Shown here one piece after another: positions 51,510 to 61,693 of a stretch of DNA of 64,000 nucleotides. Both the position numbers and the translations under genes were made by a program. The notes beneath the pieces are model-generated. The model made no database searches and was not told where the DNA came from. It saw only the letters and a program-made list of their open reading frames with translations. How positions within the stretch are numbered: the first letter of the stretch is position 1; the number at the start of each line of letters is the position of its first letter. The stretch comes from a bacterium (GTDB lineage: Bacteria > RBG-13-61-14 > DATKZS01), in NCBI GenBank assembly GCA_963674965.2, contig CAXXFL010000002.1, positions 576,001 through 640,000 on the forward strand, read 5' to 3'.

Positions 51510-51785
51510 AACCTGTCCTCCCTTGGTTTGGTGCTTGGTCCCGGAGGGCCCCAGGCGGAGCCGGCCCCGGATGCCAAGAGTATATGGCCTTGCCAGGGAA
51601 ACGTCAAAGCCCCTGAATTTATTATTATACTCGACTGTCAGGAAATGAGCGGCGGCGATATTTCAACCTGGAAAAAAATTTCGCGCTCTAAAATGCCTTC
51701 CGCGTTTAAGGGATTATTTTTTATTGCGAAAGATACTGAAATTCAAGGCTTATTAAAAATATTCGCCAACTTTGAAAAATTTTAC

Positions 51786-51813
51786 TAAAGTTTTTTCCCC
51801 TTCGAGCCGATAA
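51786..51813 (+). promoter_or_regulatory. Putative sigma28 (FliA) promoter
   Basis: TAAAGTTT-N12-GCCGATAA about 50 bp upstream of the SprA-related gene. Confidence 0.7.
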
Positions 51814-51863
51814 GTATACCAGCGGAGCGAGCGCCCATTTGGCGCTCCCTTTGGTGAACGGAT

Positions 51864-52658
51864 ATGAGAGTTGGCGGATATGGCAATAATATCCAGTACT
51901 ACCCGGGCATGAAAACGGGCGGGGCACGAGGGATCGTCCCGGGCGACGAAACCGGGGACGAGGCCCCAAAACCCGCGGGGCTGCCCGACAAGGACGCCGT
52001 CTCGGATGGGATGTTCCAATTACCCGAAAAAGCAAAGGAATCTTCATCGGGGCGGATGAATCCCCAGGACCTTTCCAGGGAAGAGAAGGAGACGGTCGAG
52101 AAACTCAGGGCGCGGGACCGGGAAGTTCGCGCTCACGAGCAGGCCCACCTCGCGGCCGGCGGTCCCTATACGGGGGGCGTCCAATACGAGTTTGCCGCGG
52201 GGCCGGACGGGTCCCGATACGCGGTGGGCGGTGAAGTCAAGATCGACGTCTCCGAGGTACCGGACGATCCCCAGGCCACCATCCAGAAAGCCCAGGTAAT
52301 AAGGAGGGCCGCCCTGGCCCCGGCCAACCCCTCGCCGGCCGACCGCAAAGTCGCCTCTCAGGCCTCCCGCATGGAAAGGCGGGCCCGGGCCGAGCTGGCC
52401 GAGGAAAAGGCCGAAGAGGCCGAGGAAACGCGGGAAGAATCGGCCGGGAAGACCAACGTGTCCGGCGAGGAAGCCGCCGCCGAGAAGCCCAAGGCCCCTG
52501 AAATCGACGCTTTGTCCCCCGCGCCTTCACCCCCCGGCGGCGTGGCGACCCTCGAGTACTCCTATTCATCCCACCTGAGGAGGGTCAGCACCTCCGGCGC
52601 CAATCATCTCCACTTTCTGCCCGACCCCAGGCAACTGCATTTCGATATCTATGTTTAA
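51864..52658 (+). CDS. SprA-related family protein (putative metalloprotease motif)
   Basis: RDREVRAHEQAH, GPDG..YAVGGEV, AALAPA.PS..D..VA. Confidence 0.88.
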   Translation: MRVGGYGNNIQYYPGMKTGGARGIVPGDETGDEAPKPAGLPDKDAVSDGMFQLPEKAKESSSGRMNPQDLSREEKETVEKLRARDREVRAHEQAHLAAGGPYTGGVQYEFAAGPDGSRYAVGGEVKIDVSEVPDDPQATIQKAQVIRRAALAPANPSPADRKVASQASRMERRARAELAEEKAEEAEETREESAGKTNVSGEEAAAEKPKAPEIDALSPAPSPPGGVATLEYSYSSHLRRVSTSGANHLHFLPDPRQLHFDIYV

Positions 52659-52814
52659 CGCCGCCAAACGCGAGAGCCCCGGGGACCTTATGGGCTTCCG
52701 TGGTCCGGGACGTTAGCCGTTCCGCGGCGTGCCTATCTTTGAACAATCCCGCGACCGTAAAAAGGATAGTTAAGAGCCTCTTGCAAAATTCCCGCTTTGG
52801 AGTGCGGCGGCTTG

Positions 52815-54262
52815 TGTACAGACCGGAGACATGCTTCACAAGTGTTCGGGCACATAGGTAACATATTTCCTCGCTTGCTCGCGCTCCTGCTATTGACCTA
52901 TTTTTCCTCGACCTAAGTTTATCTATGCATCGATCACGTGGCCAGTCAAGGGCGGCGCAGCCGTCCCGCAGGGATTTACCCTTGACGGGCCTCGTGGAGA
53001 TGCTATCGTCCTCATGGTCGAGAAAACCTTTTATCACGTTTGCCTCCAGCTATGGTCTCGCAGATCGACGACCATGATCCGTTGGCGGCAGTAATAAACC
53101 TCGATCACGCCGTCCACTTGTGTATTTCGCAAGCCGACCTTTTCACCAACGAAGGCCCGCCCCACCGGATAAAACTCGCCTTTGATTCTAACCGCCCCGC
53201 CCGGGTTCACCTTGCAAGTCGGCCAATCATCCCGATACCAGACTTCGGGCAGAGTCTCGGGATAGGCAAAGGGGCTCATCGCGTAACGGCTGGCCGGCGT
53301 GTTCATGTCCAGGGCCTCGTGGGGACGTTCATGGTTATAGCAGTCGCGAAAACGGTCGAAGGCTTTCTGACAGTCGTTCAGGGCGCCGAAGTTGCGTCCC
53401 CTTATCGCCTCCTCCTTAAGGGTCCGGTTGAACCGCTCGTTCTTGCCCTGGGTCTGGGGATGAAAGGGACGGCCGTGGCTGATGCCGACGCCGAGCCTGA
53501 TCAGCCAGGCGCTCATGTAGTTGTAACGCGAGTTCGGCGCGCAGAAGCTCGATCCGTTGTCGGTAAGTATGCGGCTGGGCAGGCCGTAGCGCATGAAGAC
53601 CGGCGCCAGGCTTGCCCGCACGGTGTCCGCCCGTTCGTTGGAGCAGGCGGTGACCGTCAACGCGAACCTGGAGTGGTCGTCCACCACGGTGAGAGGGTGA
53701 CAGGAACCGGCCGCCGTCGGAAAATGTCCCTTGAAATCCATCTGCCACAACTGGTTGGGAGCCTCTCGTTCGAAACGCTTCATGGGACCGCGAGCCTTGC
53801 GCTGGGCGTCCCGCAGCCTGCCGTTGCGGTCGAGGATCGCCGTGATCGTGCTCGGCCTTGGCACTTCGTCGTGACCAAGATCGATCAGCCGCCGCTCGAT
53901 TTTGCGCCCTCCCCAGGTCGGATGCTCGTCGCGAACCGAAAGCACCAACTGCTCGACCTCCGGGCAAACACGCTGGGGAGATCGCCTGGGACGGCGGGAC
54001 CTGTCACATGCCCAGTCCTCTTCACCGCTTTGCCCACGGCTGATCCACTTGTAGCCGGTGCGGCGACTGATACCGAATCGACGGCATAACTCGCTTATGT
54101 TGGAACCTGGCTGCATCGCTAAATAAACAAAATCCTTCCTCTGAGACACTTCGGTAACCTCATTCCATGGCATCTTTCTTCTCCTGTATTGACATACAGA
54201 AGAATGTACCAACTGTTACCCATGTCTCCGAACACCTGTTACCCATGTCTCCGGTCTGTACA
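52815..54262 (-). mobile_element. IS481-family insertion sequence (about 1448 bp)
   Basis: Perfect 19-bp TIR TGTACAGACCGGAGACATG, TGT...ACA ends and subterminal repeats TGTTACCCATGTCTCCG. Confidence 0.93.
53034..54173 (-). CDS. IS481 family transposase
   Basis: MPW start, HTH LCRRFGISRRTGYKW, and DDE residues WQMDFKG, TDNG, GKNERFNRTLK. Confidence 0.96.
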   Translation of the reverse strand: MPWNEVTEVSQRKDFVYLAMQPGSNISELCRRFGISRRTGYKWISRGQSGEEDWACDRSRRPRRSPQRVCPEVEQLVLSVRDEHPTWGGRKIERRLIDLGHDEVPRPSTITAILDRNGRLRDAQRKARGPMKRFEREAPNQLWQMDFKGHFPTAAGSCHPLTVVDDHSRFALTVTACSNERADTVRASLAPVFMRYGLPSRILTDNGSSFCAPNSRYNYMSAWLIRLGVGISHGRPFHPQTQGKNERFNRTLKEEAIRGRNFGALNDCQKAFDRFRDCYNHERPHEALDMNTPASRYAMSPFAYPETLPEVWYRDDWPTCKVNPGGAVRIKGEFYPVGRAFVGEKVGLRNTQVDGVIEVYYCRQRIMVVDLRDHSWRQT

Positions 54263-54659
54263 CTCGACGCCGCTTTTCTTCCGAGCGGCTTGACGCGAGG
54301 CAAGCAGGTGTATTAATAGGCCTTGTCAAGCCAAGGCCATCGAAAGCGGTCTCAAGCGACCGCACTCCAAAGCGGCTATGCCGCAAAGAAAAGTACTTTT
54401 GCAAGAAGCTCTTAAGTGTATACATAACTTTGCCGCGGAGAGGGACGCGCAATCCCCAGCATACAAGCTAAGACATGCCATTATTCTTTTCATCTTGATT
54501 TTCTCTTATCATTATTGATAGATGCATAAGTAATGCGGCGGTTTAGGGCAAGAACGGCGTATTTCTGATCTGTGGATGCATGCTCTGAGGCTTGACCTCG
54601 CGACTATGGCCACATGCCGGCACATCCGCTTTGGGGATGCTTACATTATATTGAATCAA

Positions 54660-55040
54660 TTTTCCACCCTGGGCAAGGTGGTGGTCGATCCCATGATAAG
54701 CCATATAGACGAGGGCGTCTGCATAGGATGCCAGGCCTGTATAGGCCTTTGCCACTACGGGGCCATAAAGTTCGACGAGCTGAGGAAGATAAGCGTTATC
54801 AACGAGGCCGTATGCAGGGGATGTGGAAGCTGCCCCGGGGACAAATACATGAACTGGGCCGACAAGCACGAGTTTTTCAAGATTCCCGGCGACACCCTCA
54901 TGTTTCATATGACGCGCATGCTGCACATGAGCGCCTTGTGCGTCGGCTGCGGCCAGTGCTCGAGCGCGTGCCCTCCCAGCCGTCTGGACTTCTCGATGAA
55001 GGGATTAGGCGGTGGATTATGGTTTCCCGCGCCGTGTTGA
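54660..55040 (+). pseudogene. Fused remnant of HdrA-like ferredoxin tail and FdhB/FrhB-like C-terminus
   Basis: CIGCQAC...CRGCGSC breaks abruptly into FHMTRMLHM...CVGCGQCSSACP. There is no convincing start and no neighbouring partner genes. Confidence 0.55.
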
Positions 55041-55104
55041 AGATTTTTCCCGGTTGTGATAACCAAATGTAAGGCGATCCAACACTATTTACAAGGGACG
55101 GAGC

Positions 55105-55998
55105 ATGAATCGTAATACAATGGGAAAAATCATCGTATCGCTTTTGCTTTTACTTTTTTCGCCGGCCATGGCGACCCTCTCGCTGGCCGAGGATGGGGAA
55201 GGGGAGGGCGGGGGCGTCACCGTGCGGGTGCGCACCGTGCCGCCGGGGGCGACGGTCAAGGTGGACGGCGTGGAAACCGAGCACCTTACGCCCGTCGAGT
55301 TCGAGGTCGAGCCCGGAGCGCGCGAGGTGGTCATATCGCTTGAGGGTTACGACGAGGTCACCCGCGTGATCGAGGCCCGTCCCGGCGAGGTGAACGACGT
55401 CAGGGCCACCTTGCACCCGACGCCCGAGCACGCGGCCGAGGATAAAAAGGCAACCTTCGAGGGCGGGTACGCCATGATCGGAATGAACCACCTGGACCTT
55501 GTTACCTCGAGCGTCATGCTCGAGAAGGAGGGGACCGAGCTGCTCTTCCGAGACGTGGCCGAGCGCGACTCGGGCCTGCTCATCATGTTACGTTACGTAA
55601 GACCGCTGGATGACAACGTCTTTTTGCTGGTCGACGCCGGCTACCAGGACGTGAGGTTTAACCTGGCCAACCCCGAGTTCCCCGAGCCGGTGGGAGAGGG
55701 CCCGGACATTGACGTTTTTTTAATGAGGGGAACGCTGGACTTCTCCCTCGGCGTCGGCGTCGGCGACAACCTCATGGCCTACCTGGGGGCGGGAGGTCAC
55801 TACTCGACCCTGTACGACGAGGATGAGACGGGCCTGTTCCGAGGAAACAACCTCAAGTCTTTCCAGGGTTACACCCTAAAGGGAGGCGGTTTCTGGGACA
55901 CGAGATACCACGTCATGTTGGGCGCGGAATACCAGTATCACTGGTCCTACGAGATGGAGGACTTTTCCCTGGCCTGGTACCTGGGATATCACTTCTGA
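55105..55998 (+). CDS. PEGA domain protein with C-terminal outer-membrane beta-barrel-like region
   Basis: Signal peptide, T.PPGA.V.VDG...TP...LEGY PEGA motif and terminal YLGYHF. Confidence 0.8.
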   Translation: MNRNTMGKIIVSLLLLLFSPAMATLSLAEDGEGEGGGVTVRVRTVPPGATVKVDGVETEHLTPVEFEVEPGAREVVISLEGYDEVTRVIEARPGEVNDVRATLHPTPEHAAEDKKATFEGGYAMIGMNHLDLVTSSVMLEKEGTELLFRDVAERDSGLLIMLRYVRPLDDNVFLLVDAGYQDVRFNLANPEFPEPVGEGPDIDVFLMRGTLDFSLGVGVGDNLMAYLGAGGHYSTLYDEDETGLFRGNNLKSFQGYTLKGGGFWDTRYHVMLGAEYQYHWSYEMEDFSLAWYLGYHF

Positions 55999-56208
55999 TA
56001 AAGTCCCTTTTATACTCTCCTTGTCGCCGGCGAAACCGTCCGTATATTTGGATGGGGCGACAATCTTTATGAGTTGAACAATACCTCATCCTACCCTTCA
56101 CCGGGAAATTGTCTCGCCTTTTTTCCCTGAAAGGCCTTTACTATGTTAATATTCACTTGTCCGCGAGGTGAGTTGTAAAGAATAACATTCCTTCCAGGGG
56201 GGCATACA

Positions 56209-58179
56209 ATGAACGGCGACGATACTTCGCGTCTTTTGAGTGAGCTTTTAGCCTCGGTAAAAAGTCTCGAGGCAAGGGTCGCGGCCCTGGAGCGGGCCAT
56301 GCCGGCGGATATAGGGCCCGCCGAGTCTCCGCCGCCTCTGCCCGTTTCGGTGACCGCGTCTCCTCCCAGGGAAACGCCCGCGGCGGTCTCAAGCGAAGCC
56401 GTACCAGCCCCTGCGGTTCAGGCGGACTCTCCGCCCGCTCCCGTGCCCGGCGCCCAGGTCAACGTTCCTTATCCTCCTCCTCCCGCCGCCGCCCCCGCGC
56501 CTCCCAAGGCGGGGATGGAGGGCAGGGTGGGAGTGCTTCTTTCCCGGATCGGGGCCGTGCTGGTTTTTCTGGGAGTGGCTTTCTTCCTCAAGATCGCCAT
56601 GGACCATATCGGAGACGTGGGCAAAGTGGCGATAGGTATCGTCTCGGGCATGACGCTTCTCGGCGGCGGAGAGCTGGCCCAGAGGAAATCTTACAACGCC
56701 TTTGCCCGGGCGTTGACCGGAGGCGGGTTGGCCGTTCTGTACCTCTCGGTCTTCGCCGCTTTCTCCTTTTTCGATCTTATCGGACAGGCGCCGGCCTTCG
56801 CCATTATGGCCCTCATCACGGCGGCGGGCGTGACGCTTTCCGTCCGCTACAACTCGCAGGTGATCGTGGTGCTGGCCATGATCGGCGGTTACCTTACGCC
56901 TGTTTTATTGTCCACGCACAGGGACGCCCAGGTCGCGCTCATGTCCTATATCATTATCCTCGACGTCGGTCTCCTGGGCCTGGCCTATTGGCGGCGGTGG
57001 AGGGTGGTGGCGCTCCTTTGTTTCCTGGCCACCTGGGGAATTCAACTGGGATGGATGCTCGCGTTTTTCTCGACCCATAAGTTCGCCCCGACCTTTTTCT
57101 TCGCCACCGTCTTCTTCCTTATATTCGCCGCGATCCACGTTCTCCATTCCCTTATCAACCGGATCAAGGCCGGCCCCGAGGACCTGGTGCTGGTCACGCT
57201 GAACGCGGCGGCATACTTCTTTTTTGGTTACGGCCTTTTATCGGACCTGGGTTATGAAAAGGCCCTGGGAGGATTCTCCCTGGCCCTTGCCCTCGTGTAC
57301 CTTCTCCAGGTCCGCCTGTCCATGCGGCTAAACCCGGAGGACTCGAACCTTCACCGCTTTATGGTCGGCCTATGTGTCGCCTTTCTGACCGTGGCCATAC
57401 CGCTTCAGCTCGAGTACGAGAGCGTGACCATCGCCTGGGCGGCCGAGGCCCTGGCCCTTACCGCCTTCGGTCTCTGGTCGAAGAACCAGTTCATACGGTA
57501 CCTTGGCGTCATCGTTCTCGCGGCCGCGGTGGGCCATCTGTTCTCCATGGACACCGAGCTGTTCCACGACAAGGCCATCCACCAGGGCAAGTTCGGACCC
57601 ATACTGTTCGCCGTAATCGTCACCTATGGCTCGACCCTGGCCGCCCTGCAAGGGACCCTGTTCTGTTACAAGAAACTGGGCGACCCCGCCGAGACGCCCA
57701 ACTGGCTGAAACCCCTTCTGCACCTGGCCAGCTCGGTGGTGCTTTTAGTCGGCATTATGATCGCCAACCATTACATGTTCGAGACGGACGCGAACCCGGA
57801 CTTCTTCTATGGGAGCTCGAGAAGGGCCGAGTCTTTAAGCGTTTCGCTCATTCTCGGCCTTTACGCCTCGGCCATGATTTTCCTGGGCATCCTTTACCGG
57901 TTCAAATGGCTCAGGTACTTCGGGCTGGGAATTCTGGCCATTGCCCTGTTCAAGGTTGTTTTTGTCGATATGGCCAGGCTGGCCCTGACCCTTCGCGTGG
58001 CGTCCTTTTTGGTCCTGGGCATACTGCTTATCGGGCTTTCCTTCCTCTACCAGAAATACAAGGACAGGATCGAGGGTATAGCCTTCGCGGAGGAGGAAAC
58101 GTCTTCCCAGGCGCCTGCGTCCGAGGCCTTGCCTCCACAACCCGAGGATAAAGTCGAGGAGAATGGAAATGAAGATTGA
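56209..58179 (+). CDS. DUF2339 family multi-pass membrane protein
   Basis: Pro-rich N-terminus, GGYLTPVLLST, TIAWAAE, RVASFLVLG...SFLYQK. Confidence 0.88.
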   Translation: MNGDDTSRLLSELLASVKSLEARVAALERAMPADIGPAESPPPLPVSVTASPPRETPAAVSSEAVPAPAVQADSPPAPVPGAQVNVPYPPPPAAAPAPPKAGMEGRVGVLLSRIGAVLVFLGVAFFLKIAMDHIGDVGKVAIGIVSGMTLLGGGELAQRKSYNAFARALTGGGLAVLYLSVFAAFSFFDLIGQAPAFAIMALITAAGVTLSVRYNSQVIVVLAMIGGYLTPVLLSTHRDAQVALMSYIIILDVGLLGLAYWRRWRVVALLCFLATWGIQLGWMLAFFSTHKFAPTFFFATVFFLIFAAIHVLHSLINRIKAGPEDLVLVTLNAAAYFFFGYGLLSDLGYEKALGGFSLALALVYLLQVRLSMRLNPEDSNLHRFMVGLCVAFLTVAIPLQLEYESVTIAWAAEALALTAFGLWSKNQFIRYLGVIVLAAAVGHLFSMDTELFHDKAIHQGKFGPILFAVIVTYGSTLAALQGTLFCYKKLGDPAETPNWLKPLLHLASSVVLLVGIMIANHYMFETDANPDFFYGSSRRAESLSVSLILGLYASAMIFLGILYRFKWLRYFGLGILAIALFKVVFVDMARLALTLRVASFLVLGILLIGLSFLYQKYKDRIEGIAFAEEETSSQAPASEALPPQPEDKVEENGNED

Positions 58180-59731
58180 GTGGATCGGCCGGTCGGCCGC
58201 GGCAACGGCGCTTCTCATGGCTATCGCCATCTTACTGCCCCGTCCGGCGGGGGCGGACTTCGATCCGAAGGACTGGCGTTTTTATAAAGAGGCGCTTCCG
58301 TCGCCGCCCGGTCCTGACGGCTTCGCGGCCGCGGCCCTTGACGGCGAGGTTTACGAAGGGTCAAGGGGGGACTTCGCCGACCTTCGCCTGATAAGCGAGT
58401 CGGGCGAGGAAATCCCCTACGTGCTGGTGACCTACTCGACCGAGGTCAAGCGGACCGCGCTTCAACCGGAGATACTGAACGTGGCGCGGACCGGCGAGGG
58501 GCAGGAGTTCACGGCCGACCTTGGCGAGTCGGGCAAGCGTCACAACCGGATAGACCTCGTCCTGGGAGGGATCAACTTCAAAAGACCGGTCACGGTCCTG
58601 GGCTCGGACGACGCCAAGGACTGGAAAACCCTGCGGGAGGGGGCGTACATCTTCGACTTCACCGGCGACGTCCGCGCCCGGAACACGGCCGTCAATTATC
58701 CGGAGTGCACCTTCCGCTTTCTCAAAATCGAGATAGGCCTGGAGGACGGACCGCCCCTGGACGTGGAGGGGGCCACCCAGTATTTCATCGAGGAGGATAA
58801 AAGCGTCTATGACAAGTTCACGCCAAGGCCGACCTGGAAAAGAACGGACTCGAGACGCAAGGCGGCCGAGACGCGCTACGAGTTCGAGGTGGACGGCCTT
58901 CCGATAAAGAGGATAAACCTCGAAGTGGCGGACGCCGAGTTCATCCGCGACGTCAAGGCCTACTTGATAGACCAGTACGAGCCGGCGTCAAGATACGATC
59001 TGGTGGACCTTGAAAGCGGAGGCACGGCCCTGGCCGAGCCTGACGGCGACCGGATCGGCGGCAAGCTAAGCTCGATCGAGGTCCTTATGTGGCGAAGGAT
59101 ATTATTGGTTGGAGGGGCCGGAGAAGAGGAACTTGTTAAGACGCTGAAGAAGGCGGGGACCGGAGGAGATGAGGCCAGGTCTCTCGCTCGAGACTTTCTG
59201 AGACGGAACTGGGAGGCTTGTCTTCTGGACGGGAGGGAAGGACAGGGGACCACCCTGGGGCAGGGCGCCATATACCGTTATTTTTTCAGGACCTTCAAGT
59301 CCGAGGACCTGACCATAATGACCAGCGAGAGGCCGACGGGGCATTTCTTTATCCGCGTGGTGAACCACGACGACAAGCCCCTCGAGGTGACCGGGGTCGA
59401 GGCCGAGGTGCTCACTCGAGCCCTCGTCTTCCGGCCCCCGGAGAAGGGTAAGCTGAGGGTTTTTTTCGGCGCGCCCGAGGCCGATAAGGCCACCTACGAC
59501 CTGGAGCGGCTATACTCGAGGGTCAGGGAGAAGCGGCCCGCCTTGGGAAAACTGGGACCGAGGCTGGATAATCCGTCATTTATCGCCAAGGCGAAAAAAC
59601 CCGAGCCGGCGCCGCCGAGGGATTACAGGCTCCTCATCTGGCTGGCCCTTGTCCCGGCGGTGTTGTTCGTGGGGTGGCTGGTTTTCAAATCCATGAAGGA
59701 CATTAACGCGGGTTCGGGAGAGGAAAGATAG
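58169..59731 (+). CDS. DUF3999-like exported protein
   Basis: Signal peptide, DLRL....GEEIPY, GSDD...W, YDL and C-terminal TM; typical partner of DUF2339. Confidence 0.75.
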   Translation: MKIEWIGRSAAATALLMAIAILLPRPAGADFDPKDWRFYKEALPSPPGPDGFAAAALDGEVYEGSRGDFADLRLISESGEEIPYVLVTYSTEVKRTALQPEILNVARTGEGQEFTADLGESGKRHNRIDLVLGGINFKRPVTVLGSDDAKDWKTLREGAYIFDFTGDVRARNTAVNYPECTFRFLKIEIGLEDGPPLDVEGATQYFIEEDKSVYDKFTPRPTWKRTDSRRKAAETRYEFEVDGLPIKRINLEVADAEFIRDVKAYLIDQYEPASRYDLVDLESGGTALAEPDGDRIGGKLSSIEVLMWRRILLVGGAGEEELVKTLKKAGTGGDEARSLARDFLRRNWEACLLDGREGQGTTLGQGAIYRYFFRTFKSEDLTIMTSERPTGHFFIRVVNHDDKPLEVTGVEAEVLTRALVFRPPEKGKLRVFFGAPEADKATYDLERLYSRVREKRPALGKLGPRLDNPSFIAKAKKPEPAPPRDYRLLIWLALVPAVLFVGWLVFKSMKDINAGSGEER

Positions 59732-59765
59732 AAGTCGAGCCGGGATAGTATTTCGGGAGGTTTTT

Positions 59766-60626
59766 ATGCGCGTTGGTTTTTTTGGGGTGGGCCTGATGGG
59801 AGCCCCCATGGTCGAGCGGCTCGCCATGGGCGGACACGAGGTCATGGTCTTCAACCGCACTCGGGACAAGGCCGAGGCGATAAGGAACGGCAAAGTATCC
59901 GCGGCTGGCTCGCCTTTGGAGGCCGTTCGTTTCGGGGAATGCATCATCCTCATGCTGGCCGACTTCACGGCCATCGATGAGACCCTGCTTCGGCCCGAGT
60001 GCCTGGAGGCGTTGAAGGACAAGTCCGTCATCCAGATGGGAACCATCTCGCCGGGGCAGAGCCTGGAGGCGGACGAAAAGGTCAGGGCCGCCGGCGGCAG
60101 GTACCTCGAGTGCCCGGTGCTGGGCAGCATCGGCCAGGCGAGGTCCGGGACCCTGCTCCTTATGGCGGGCGGAGACGAGGAAGTCTTTCTGGACCTGAAG
60201 TGGATTCTCGATCGCTTCGGTCCGTCCCCCAGGCTGATAGGGCCCGTGGGCCACGGCGCCGCCATCAAGCTGGCCATGAACCAACTCATCGCCGCCCATA
60301 TGGCGGCCTTTTCCCTGTCCCTCGGTTATATTCAAAAGAGCGGCGTCGATCTCGACAAGTTCCTGTCCATACTCAGGGAAAGCGCCCTTAACGCCAAGAT
60401 GTTCGACAACAAGCTGCCCCGGCTTCTGGAAAGGAAATACGACAACCCCAACTTTCCCGCCAAGCACCTTCTAAAAGACGTTGACCTTTTCCTGGGCGAG
60501 GCCCAAAAAAGCGGGCTCGACGCGGCGGCCCTGGCGGCGATCAAGGGCATCCTGGAAAAGACGATCGACTCCGGCGGGGGGGAGGACGACTACTCGAGCG
60601 TTTTCGAGAGAATATTTTCCGGTTGA
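59766..60626 (+). CDS. NAD(P)-dependent oxidoreductase (beta-hydroxyacid dehydrogenase family)
   Basis: GVGLMG, FNRT, ECPVLGS, KLAMN, F...HLLKD. Confidence 0.92.
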   Translation: MRVGFFGVGLMGAPMVERLAMGGHEVMVFNRTRDKAEAIRNGKVSAAGSPLEAVRFGECIILMLADFTAIDETLLRPECLEALKDKSVIQMGTISPGQSLEADEKVRAAGGRYLECPVLGSIGQARSGTLLLMAGGDEEVFLDLKWILDRFGPSPRLIGPVGHGAAIKLAMNQLIAAHMAAFSLSLGYIQKSGVDLDKFLSILRESALNAKMFDNKLPRLLERKYDNPNFPAKHLLKDVDLFLGEAQKSGLDAAALAAIKGILEKTIDSGGGEDDYSSVFERIFSG

Positions 60627-60730
60627 TCCATCCGCGCTTTACTCCTCACTTTATCGGAGCATGATAGCTAAACGGATGTATATACGAACGCCGTAAAATC
60701 GCCGCGATTAAATTTTTCTCGAAAAACATC

Positions 60731-60766
60731 TTGACAGCATTTACCATATTTGGTAATATGTAAAGC
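60731..60766 (+). promoter_or_regulatory. sigma70 promoter of xerD overlapped by a palindromic operator
   Basis: TTGACA-17-TAATAT with the perfect inverted repeat TTACCA-N4-TGGTAA in the spacer/-10. Confidence 0.65.
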
Positions 60767-60808
60767 GGCCACGAATTTAATCTAATGTTCTCAAGCGGAG
60801 GCTCAAAA

Positions 60809-61693
60809 GTGGAAATGGAATACGTGGACGAGTATTTGAATCACCTTGTGGTTGAACGCGGACTTTCGATGAACTCGGTGGAGGCATATTCACATGACCT
60901 CTGCCGTTTTTTTTCCTGGCTCCCCGGCAAGGACCCCGAGAAGGTCGAGGCCGAGGACCTTCGAAAGTTCATGGCCTGGCTCAGGCGTGACGGTTTGTCC
61001 GCAAGGTCCGTGGCTCGCGCCATGTCCGGCGTGAGAGGTTATTTTCGCTATCTCCTCGAGGAGGAGTTGATCGACGAGGACCCGACCGAGCTTCTTGATC
61101 GTCCCAAACTTGGCAGGACCCTTCCCGGGTGCCTCAGCAGGGAGGACATGGAGCGTCTTCTCGACGTTCCCGACCAGCACAACGCCGAGGGCATAAGGGA
61201 CAGGGCCATGCTCGAGCTCCTTTACGGAGCGGGCATGAGGGTTTCGGAACTCGTGCGCATCGCGATCAACGACGTGGACCTTGGCGCCGGCGTGGTCAGG
61301 CTCTACGGCAAGGGATCGAAGGAAAGACTGGTTCCCGTCGGGGACGTGGCGGTCAAGAGGGTCGCGCGTTACATGCGGGAAGTCAGGCCCGGCTTCATGC
61401 GCAACGGCGTGGCCGACGAGCTTTTCCTCTCGAGACGCGGCAAGGCCCTCACGCGGCAGGCCGTTTGGTACAGGATCAAGCGGCACTGCGAGTCGGCCAA
61501 CATCAGCAGGAAGGTCTCTCCCCACACCTTCCGCCACAGCTTCGCCACCCACATGCTCGAGGGTGGGGCGGACCTGAGGTCGGTCCAGGCCATGCTGGGC
61601 CACTCGGACATCTCCACCACCCAGATTTACACGCACATCGACAGGCAAAGGCTTAGAAAGGAATACGATAAGTATCATCCCCGCGCGGGTTGA
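60809..61693 (+). CDS. xerD: Tyrosine recombinase XerD
   Basis: RDRAMLELLYGAGMRVSEL, GKGSKER, HTFRHSFATH, LGHSDISTTQIYTH, HPRA. Confidence 0.93.
   Translation: MEMEYVDEYLNHLVVERGLSMNSVEAYSHDLCRFFSWLPGKDPEKVEAEDLRKFMAWLRRDGLSARSVARAMSGVRGYFRYLLEEELIDEDPTELLDRPKLGRTLPGCLSREDMERLLDVPDQHNAEGIRDRAMLELLYGAGMRVSELVRIAINDVDLGAGVVRLYGKGSKERLVPVGDVAVKRVARYMREVRPGFMRNGVADELFLSRRGKALTRQAVWYRIKRHCESANISRKVSPHTFRHSFATHMLEGGADLRSVQAMLGHSDISTTQIYTHIDRQRLRKEYDKYHPRAG

Larger units (their letters stand above)
52774..54411 (-). mobile_element. Family A MITE-like element copy A4 (reverse), TTAA target duplication, split by IS481
   Basis: 52774-52814 plus 54263-54411 reconstitute the element; TTAA at 52770-52773 and 54412-54415. 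Confidence 0.9.
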
